Of a DNA stretch of 11,041 bases, positions 6,225 to 11,041 are shown piece after piece. Position 1 is the stretch's first letter; each line of letters opens with the position of its first letter. Source of the stretch: an uncultured Faecalibacterium sp. (GTDB lineage Bacteria; Bacillota; Clostridia; Oscillospirales; Ruminococcaceae); assembly GCA_964370455.1 (NCBI GenBank), contig CAYJJL010000050.1, forward strand, positions 1 to 11,041, given 5' to 3'. The notes under the pieces are model-generated. The model saw only the letters and a program-made list of their open reading frames with translations. It did not search any database and was not told where the DNA came from. Made by a program: the position numbers and the translations under genes.

Positions 6225-7673
6225 TTATTCAGCTGTTGGTGCTTCTTGTGTTGCTTGTGGTTCAACTGGTTTTGCTACCTTTGCAACTTTTGCAATTTGT
6301 TTTGGTTGCACAGCACCCTCTGTTTTGCCTAGGTATTCAGGCAATTTCATGCCTGCCATGTCAAACATATCATTCATTGGAGGTATGCTCTTCATCAAGC
6401 CGGAAAGAAAGTTAGCGGTTGAAGATTTACCGTCGGCATTGCTGCCACCATCCCAAACAGTGATTTTATCAAATTTAATGTTTTTGATAGAATCAACTTG
6501 TATGCGTAGCAAGTCTTCCATTTTATCTGTAAGCATTAGTTTTAGTGCGTCGTCCGCGTCGCCACCAGCGGCATTAACCACCTCAGAAAGACCAGCCGCT
6601 TGTTTTGTAAGAATTTCTTGTATACCACGAGCCTCAGCTTCCATTTTCATAAAGATAGCGTCGGCTTCACCTTTAGCATGGCGGCGTGTTTGTTCAGCAA
6701 CAGCCTCTGCCTCAAGTTCTAGTTTGCGTTTTGCGATTTCAGCCTGAACGATAACGTCAGCTTCAAGTGTTGCTTTTTCCCTTGCAGAACGTGCAAGCTC
6801 GGCTTCTTTTTCGGCTGCGTATGCATCTTCAAGAGATTTAGCTGCTTGGATTTTTTCAGCAGATGTAGCAAGTCTTAGTGATTCCGCTTCTTTTTCACGG
6901 CGTTGTGCGTTACTTAACGAAATTGCAACCTGTGCATTATTTTCGCCACTGATAGCTTGAGATTCTGCCTCTGAAACATGTATACGTTGGTCTCTTTCTG
7001 CAAGAGCTTTACCAATTGCACCATCACGCTCTTTTTCAGCAACGGATTTTTTTGCATCATTGATAGCTTTTGCAGCCGCCTCTTTACCAAGAGCCATAAT
7101 GTAGCCAGATTCGTCAGTGATATCTGTAACGTTAACGTTGATAAGGCGTAAACCGATTTTTTTAAGTTCTGTTTCAACGTTGTTTGAAACAGCCGCTAGG
7201 AATTTATCCCTATCTGTATTAATTTCTTCTATATCCATTGTTGCGATGATAAGCCTTAACTGACCAAAGATAATATCTTTTGCAAGCTCTTGTATTTCAA
7301 CAAGTTTTAATCCTAAAAGCCTTTCAGCAGCATTTTGCATAACACCATTTTCAGTAGAAATACCAACTGTAAAACGGCTAGGTACATCTATACGGATGTT
7401 TTGCCTTGAAAGTGCGTTTGTTAAATCAACTTGAATTGAAATTGGGGTTAAATCTAGGTATGCGTAAGATTGTACAACTGGCACGATAAAAGATGCGCCA
7501 CCGTGTATACATTTTGCGCTTCGGGTTGTGCCGTCCTTGTTTTGACCAACATTACCGTAAATAACCATAACTTTATCAGATGGGCACTTTTTGTACCTTG
7601 ATAAAAATACAATTAATAGCGATAATATTAAAAAAACAATAACCGCAACTAGAAACATGACTTCAACTGGCAT
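6225..7673 (-). CDS. floT: Flotillin (SPFH/band-7 domain, FloT/YuaG-like)
   Basis: 482 aa. N-terminal TM helix, then an SPFH domain, then a long Ala/Glu/Lys-rich coiled-coil (EA-repeat-like) region and a C-terminal tail. The architecture matches B. subtilis FloT and E. coli YqiK. SD AAGAGG precedes the ATG. Confidence 0.85.
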   Translation of the reverse strand: MPVEVMFLVAVIVFLILSLLIVFLSRYKKCPSDKVMVIYGNVGQNKDGTTRSAKCIHGGASFIVPVVQSYAYLDLTPISIQVDLTNALSRQNIRIDVPSRFTVGISTENGVMQNAAERLLGLKLVEIQELAKDIIFGQLRLIIATMDIEEINTDRDKFLAAVSNNVETELKKIGLRLINVNVTDITDESGYIMALGKEAAAKAINDAKKSVAEKERDGAIGKALAERDQRIHVSEAESQAISGENNAQVAISLSNAQRREKEAESLRLATSAEKIQAAKSLEDAYAAEKEAELARSAREKATLEADVIVQAEIAKRKLELEAEAVAEQTRRHAKGEADAIFMKMEAEARGIQEILTKQAAGLSEVVNAAGGDADDALKLMLTDKMEDLLRIQVDSIKNIKFDKITVWDGGSNADGKSSTANFLSGLMKSIPPMNDMFDMAGMKLPEYLGKTEGAVQPKQIAKVAKVAKPVEPQATQEAPTAE

Positions 7674-7753
7674 AATAAACCTCTTTTCTATTAATTTGTA
7701 TATATGTATAAATCTAATTTTAGATTTACGTACCTAAATAAAATTTAGCAACT

Positions 7754-8341
7754 TTATTTTTTTGTTACCATTAAAATATTAGGCTCTGTTACTGATATTA
7801 TTATAACAGCACTGCCTGTTGAAATGTCTTCCTCGTCGTCTGTCATTGCGTCAAATTCGCCATATCTGCCACTTACAACAGCGTTAACTTTGCCAAGTGC
7901 ACGCCTGTTTGCAGGTATTTGTATATAAACTGTACCACTTGCACCAATTGCATCGCTTATTTCTTGGTTGCCATTGCTTTGCATACCCATGAGGGCTTTC
8001 ATAGCATAGGCTGTGCCAAACATTGCCGCAGCACCTAGTGCAAAAGCGAGCAATAACGCAACGCCAGCACCTAAGTTTAAAGAAATAAAAGCCATGCCCG
8101 CCCAACCAAAAACAGCGAAAAACGTAATTATTCCACGTACTGTGAAAATTTGTATGCCTTGTTCATCAAAGTTAGCAACATCGTCTATTTCATCGCCACT
8201 TATAACATCAACATCTGTATCGCCATCAAAACCGGTTACTAGCACCATAATTGTTTGCACAATTAAAACTAACGTTGCAGGTATAGCCATGCAAGCTAAC
8301 ACTTGCCCTAAAAAACTTAGGGAATTCCACCAATCTAACAT
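7754..8341 (-). CDS. NfeD/YqiJ-like membrane protein with C-terminal OB-fold, flotillin partner
   Basis: Start is placed at ATG 8341 (MLDWWNSL...), 6 nt from SD AGGAGA. The track's 8362 ATG lacks an RBS. Two or three TM helices, an acidic DGDTDVDVISGDEIDD loop, and a C-terminal beta-barrel-like segment (GTVYIQIPANRRALGKVNAVVSGRYGEFDA...) typical of NfeD short forms such as YuaF/YqiJ. Confidence 0.7.
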   Translation of the reverse strand: MLDWWNSLSFLGQVLACMAIPATLVLIVQTIMVLVTGFDGDTDVDVISGDEIDDVANFDEQGIQIFTVRGIITFFAVFGWAGMAFISLNLGAGVALLLAFALGAAAMFGTAYAMKALMGMQSNGNQEISDAIGASGTVYIQIPANRRALGKVNAVVSGRYGEFDAMTDDEEDISTGSAVIIISVTEPNILMVTKK

Positions 8342-8356
8342 AATACTCTCCTTTTT

Positions 8357-8376
8357 AAACATATTTATATATGTTT
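8357..8376. repeat. Palindrome AAACATAT-TTAT-ATATGTTT just upstream of the nfeD RBS
   Basis: Perfect 8-bp inverted arms separated by 4 bp, in the 57-nt gap between the DUF1836-like gene and nfeD. Confidence 0.5.
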
Positions 8377-8398
8377 GTATTTTGCTTTATGCAAAGCC

Positions 8399-8944
8399 TT
8401 AATGCTCTCTGGTAATGGTTGCTTTATACAGCATTAGTGCTTTTTGTTTGTGTTTAACAGATAAATGCGCCCTCGCCATAACCGCTAAAATTTCTTCCAG
8501 ACGTTTTTTTGTTCCTACTCGTGGCTCTGTAAAATCACTTAAAACTAACATAATAGCTTTTTCTATATTTTTTGCATCACCATTTAAACGCGATACCATT
8601 TCAATAAAATAAAAATACAACTCGCTATCTGTTATAGGTGGCTCGTTTAACCTATTTAAAGGTGCGTTTAAATAAGTGCTTAAATTGCAAATATCATCCA
8701 TGCTGAAAACATCTTTTAGCAAGTTAATGGTTATCATTTTGCAAAGTTGATTTATATCGTACTTTTTATTTATGGGTGGGGCTATATACTTGCGCTTAAC
8801 CCAGTTTTGTATGGTATGCGCCTCAAGCCCTGTTATGGTCGCAACTTGTGATAATGTGATGCCACCTGTTAAAAATATAGAGTTTAAAATTTGCGTGCAA
8901 TCTTTAACATTGCTTTCTATTGTTGTGCCTGGTAAGAACTTCAC
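8399..8944 (-). CDS. DUF1836-like putative HTH DNA-binding protein
   Basis: 181 aa. The N-terminal segment ITLSQVATITGLEAHTIQNWVKRKYIAPPINKKY looks like a MerR-type HTH, as in DUF1836-family proteins; the family assignment is from memory. GTG start at 8944..8942 with SD GGTGGTGA 6 nt upstream. There is no in-frame ATG alternative. Stop is TAA. Confidence 0.55.
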   Translation of the reverse strand: MKFLPGTTIESNVKDCTQILNSIFLTGGITLSQVATITGLEAHTIQNWVKRKYIAPPINKKYDINQLCKMITINLLKDVFSMDDICNLSTYLNAPLNRLNEPPITDSELYFYFIEMVSRLNGDAKNIEKAIMLVLSDFTEPRVGTKKRLEEILAVMARAHLSVKHKQKALMLYKATITREH

Positions 8945-8970
8945 ATTTAATCACCACCTTTTATGGTGTG

Positions 8971-8999
8971 ATTGTATCATACGGTCACGTGATTGTCAA
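8971..8999 (-). promoter_or_regulatory. Near-consensus sigmaA promoter for the DUF1836-like gene (and probably nfeD-floT-osmC)
   Basis: On the minus strand: TTGACA (8999..8994), a 17-nt spacer, then TACAAT (8976..8971). The spacer contains the perfect palindrome TCACGTGA. GTGATTGT direct repeats lie at 8962..8969 and 8990..8997. Confidence 0.55.
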
Positions 9000-9103
9000 T
9001 AGAGTTTTAGTGATTATTTAAAGTTTCTTCAAAAATTGTTAAAAAGCACAAAATAACAGTTTTACTTTTGGTGGAAAATAAAGGCATAAAACAAATTTGT
9101 GGT

Positions 9104-9151
9104 GTAATAACAAAACAGCGCCATGAGCAATTAAGCCATAGCGCTGTTTTT
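9104..9151 (-). terminator. Hairpin terminator downstream of the sigma/anti-sigma operon (U-tracts on both sides)
   Basis: Stem AACAGCGCCATG / CATAGCGCTGTT (about 12 bp with 1 mismatch, loop about 11 nt) is flanked by GTTTTGTTATT on the minus strand and TTTTTATGATT on the plus strand. It sits about 60 nt after the anti-sigma stop at 9208. Confidence 0.55.
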
Positions 9152-9207
9152 ATGATTAAAAATAAATATTTGTTGACATTTATTATGATTTTTGTTATTT
9201 ATTAAAT

Positions 9208-10422
9208 TTAAATAAAATCGCTATTATTAAATTTATATACAGAATATTTAATCTCTGTATCGGAAATTTTTTCAAGAACTAACACCGTAGAAGTTGTTTC
9301 ATTGCTGCCAATGCTAGCTACAAATGGTTTGCCTATTTCTAAAAGTGCAAACTCACCACTTAAAAAATCTGTATATTTATCAGTTTCGTTCCAATAAATT
9401 GCAAAACTACCATTTGTATCTGCTGTTGTAGTTTTTTCATGTGATAATTCACCTTTTATTTGCAATTCGTCAATAGTTAAGCTTGCTATTGCTCTGTTTA
9501 ATATATCAATCTCTGCAAAATTTTTAGCAGTTTCTTCGTCTAAACCTTCTGAGATATACATTTGATATAACTCTTCATAATTCATATCATCGATTGGTTC
9601 TTCTGTTTCTTCAGCGTTACCTTGATTTTCATAGTTGCTAAAATACTCTTGCACTTTTGCATCATCAGCTTTTGCTGTATCAATAGGTAAATCAAAAAGT
9701 ACACTTAAACCCTCGTAATTTGTGTTGGCTGTTATTTCGCCACTAGTACCGTTTAACATAAACACATTATTATTAGGGATACAATCACTAACACCGAGGT
9801 ATAGCGTTTCGTTTGCAAAATATTCTATGTTATCAACTTCCATTAGTTGATACATTACACCATCTATAAGTGTGCCACTACCATTCGCACCTAAGGTAAA
9901 CGCATTGTGCAAGCCTGGGTTATAGCCTTTTATAAATGGTGATACTACCATCATGCCTTGCTCAAAAAATTCCTGTGTGATTGCTGTGCCGTCTGCATTT
10001 TCAACCGCTATAACTACATATGTTTTGTTTGGGTCGGCGTTTAAATCTGCATTGTCTATGCCCTCGCCGTGGGCAAAACCTAAAAAGGTAATGTTAAGGC
10101 CGTTATCGCTTTGTGTTTGCTGTACATCAACGGCGCTATCCAAGGTAAAAGGTTTTGAAAAATGGTCCACTGTTTCGCCACTTTGGTCGGTAAATTCTAA
10201 TTCCTCTGCTACTTGCTGTGCGCTCAATAAACGCACAGAAGCAACGGCAGTTATGCCTACTAATGAAATACAAGCGGCTGCAATTAATACTCTTTTAATG
10301 CTTCTCATCTTAATACTCCTATCTTGCGTGGTATTAGCAGATAGTAAAATTTGCTCATATATCGCATTTTTATCTACTATTTCGTCACTAAGAGCTTTTT
10401 TCAAAAAATCTTTTTCGTTCAT
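9208..10422 (-). CDS. Membrane-anchored anti-sigma factor (DUF4179-like N-terminal region, large extracytoplasmic domain)
   Basis: 404 aa. A cytoplasmic N-terminus of about 45 aa (MNEKDFLKKALSDE...), a single TM helix (VLIAAACISLVGITAVA), then an acidic extracellular domain of about 340 aa. The start overlaps the sigma gene stop by 4 nt (ATGA), the classic sigma/anti-sigma coupling. Confidence 0.65.
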   Translation of the reverse strand: MNEKDFLKKALSDEIVDKNAIYEQILLSANTTQDRSIKMRSIKRVLIAAACISLVGITAVASVRLLSAQQVAEELEFTDQSGETVDHFSKPFTLDSAVDVQQTQSDNGLNITFLGFAHGEGIDNADLNADPNKTYVVIAVENADGTAITQEFFEQGMMVVSPFIKGYNPGLHNAFTLGANGSGTLIDGVMYQLMEVDNIEYFANETLYLGVSDCIPNNNVFMLNGTSGEITANTNYEGLSVLFDLPIDTAKADDAKVQEYFSNYENQGNAEETEEPIDDMNYEELYQMYISEGLDEETAKNFAEIDILNRAIASLTIDELQIKGELSHEKTTTADTNGSFAIYWNETDKYTDFLSGEFALLEIGKPFVASIGSNETTSTVLVLEKISDTEIKYSVYKFNNSDFI

Positions 10423-10988
10423 AGCTCATTATACTCCTTTATATAAAATTTTCTAACCTTTGCAAGTGTTCTGTAAAGTTTTGTTTTCACTGTTGAGCTT
10501 TTCATATCCAAAAGTTTTGCAATTTCTTCTATACTGTTTTCGCAGTAATAATAGAGGTAAAAAATTTTGCCCTCTGTTGGTGTTTGTTTAGAAATAAAAC
10601 TTGCCACTTTTGAAAACAGCTCTTTATTAGCGTAGTGTTCTTCAATATTTATATCATCTGCAAGGTTAGGGGAGTCATATTCAAAATCATCATCGTTTGT
10701 AATAGTTAACGGCTGATGGTTTCGCTCTTTATTTTTGCTGTAATAAATGTTGAGCTTGCTTTTTGCAACTTGCCTAACAAAACCTTGTGGGTTTTGCATG
10801 TAAGCTGTGCCTTTGCGCTCAATAGTTTTATATACTTCAAGGTAAATGTCTTGCACAACATCGCTTATATCTGCGAGGTTATAGCATTTTGCTGTAACAT
10901 AAGTAATTGTATTTTTATAGCTTGCGTTATATAGCTCGTTAAAAAATTCTAGCTTTTTAATATCCAATATGCTTTCAACTCCTCTCAA
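10419..10988 (-). CDS. ECF-type (group 4) sigma-70 family RNA polymerase sigma factor
   Basis: Region 2-like DVVQDIYLEVYK and region 4 HTH SIEEIAKLLDMKSSTVKTKLYRTLAKVRK. The start is uncertain. The track uses TTG 10988, but the strong SD GAGAGGAG (10987..10980) lies inside that ORF, so the true start is more likely TTG 10967 (about 182 aa). Confidence 0.7.
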   Translation of the reverse strand: MRGVESILDIKKLEFFNELYNASYKNTITYVTAKCYNLADISDVVQDIYLEVYKTIERKGTAYMQNPQGFVRQVAKSKLNIYYSKNKERNHQPLTITNDDDFEYDSPNLADDINIEEHYANKELFSKVASFISKQTPTEGKIFYLYYYCENSIEEIAKLLDMKSSTVKTKLYRTLAKVRKFYIKEYNEL

Positions 10989-11041
10989 TATATATGTGCA
11001 AAACTAAGGCTCAAAAGTTTCATTCTTTTTGAATTTATTTT

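Noticed and set aside
6225-6320. Low-complexity repeats at the floT 3' end (AKVAKVAK) and the Ala/Glu coiled-coil region, as possible tandem repeats or a mobile element
   Set aside because: These are ordinary coiled-coil and linker low-complexity coding sequence typical of flotillins, not a DNA-level repeat element.
9172-9200. Plus-strand TTGACA followed by AT-rich sequence, a possible antisense promoter into the anti-sigma gene
   Set aside because: No acceptable -10 hexamer at 16 to 18 bp spacing (the best is TATTTA, 3 of 6). The region is generally AT-rich and there is no plus-strand gene to drive.
797-10934. All 13 plus-strand ORFs in the track (797..1090, 1452..1688, 5019..5234, 5278..5556, 6143..6415, 6325..6747, 6914..7177, 7884..8105, 8013..8402, 8415..8612, 8772..9002, 9953..10456, 10716..10934)
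   Set aside because: Each lies entirely antisense within a well-supported minus-strand gene. None has an RBS, and their compositions are odd (Leu/Cys/Ser-rich). Several sit opposite the GCN/GAR-rich coiled-coil region of floT, which generates long antisense ORFs by codon periodicity.
11017-11022. TGAAAC (minus strand), resembling an ECF sigma -35 element, upstream of the sigma gene (possible autoregulation)
   Set aside because: No CGT-type -10 at 16 to 17 nt spacing (the sequence there is TGCACATATA). The window ends at 11041, so the real promoter may lie outside it.
1-11041. CRISPR arrays, tRNA or rRNA genes, transposase or integrase genes, and phage signatures
   Set aside because: Nothing in the window fits: there are no regularly spaced direct repeats, no cloverleaf-compatible segments in intergenic regions (all are short and AT-rich), and no ORF with transposase or integrase motifs.

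Overview
The window is AT-rich and looks like chromosomal DNA from a low-GC Gram-positive (Firmicutes-like) organism. That placement is an inference from lipoprotein signals, strong GGAGG-type RBSs, and the DUF1836, DUF4179 and FloT/NfeD gene content. Every convincing gene lies on the minus strand. Reading from high to low coordinates, the window contains: (i) an ECF sigma factor and a 4-nt-overlapping membrane anti-sigma factor, closed by a hairpin terminator; (ii) a DUF1836-like HTH protein with a near-consensus sigmaA promoter; (iii) an nfeD/yqiJ-like gene, a flotillin (floT) and an OsmC/Ohr-family gene, closed by a clean intrinsic terminator; (iv) two tandem paralogous acidic envelope proteins that I assign to DUF4230, one TM-anchored and one a lipoprotein; (v) a phosphonate/phosphite-type ABC transporter operon, phnD-phnC-phnE-phnE, with PhoP-box-like TTTACA direct repeats upstream, in which phnC is interrupted by an in-frame TAG; and (vi) the 5' end of a metallophosphoesterase (5'-nucleotidase-like) gene running off the left edge. 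No rRNA, tRNA, CRISPR array or recognisable mobile element is present. All plus-strand ORFs in the track lie antisense inside minus-strand genes and are treated as shadows. The points most worth follow-up are the amber-interrupted phnC, the Pho-box architecture, a 19-nt (about 31-nt imperfect) element repeated at two transcript 3' ends, the tandem DUF4230-like pair, and the contiguous run of envelope-related genes.
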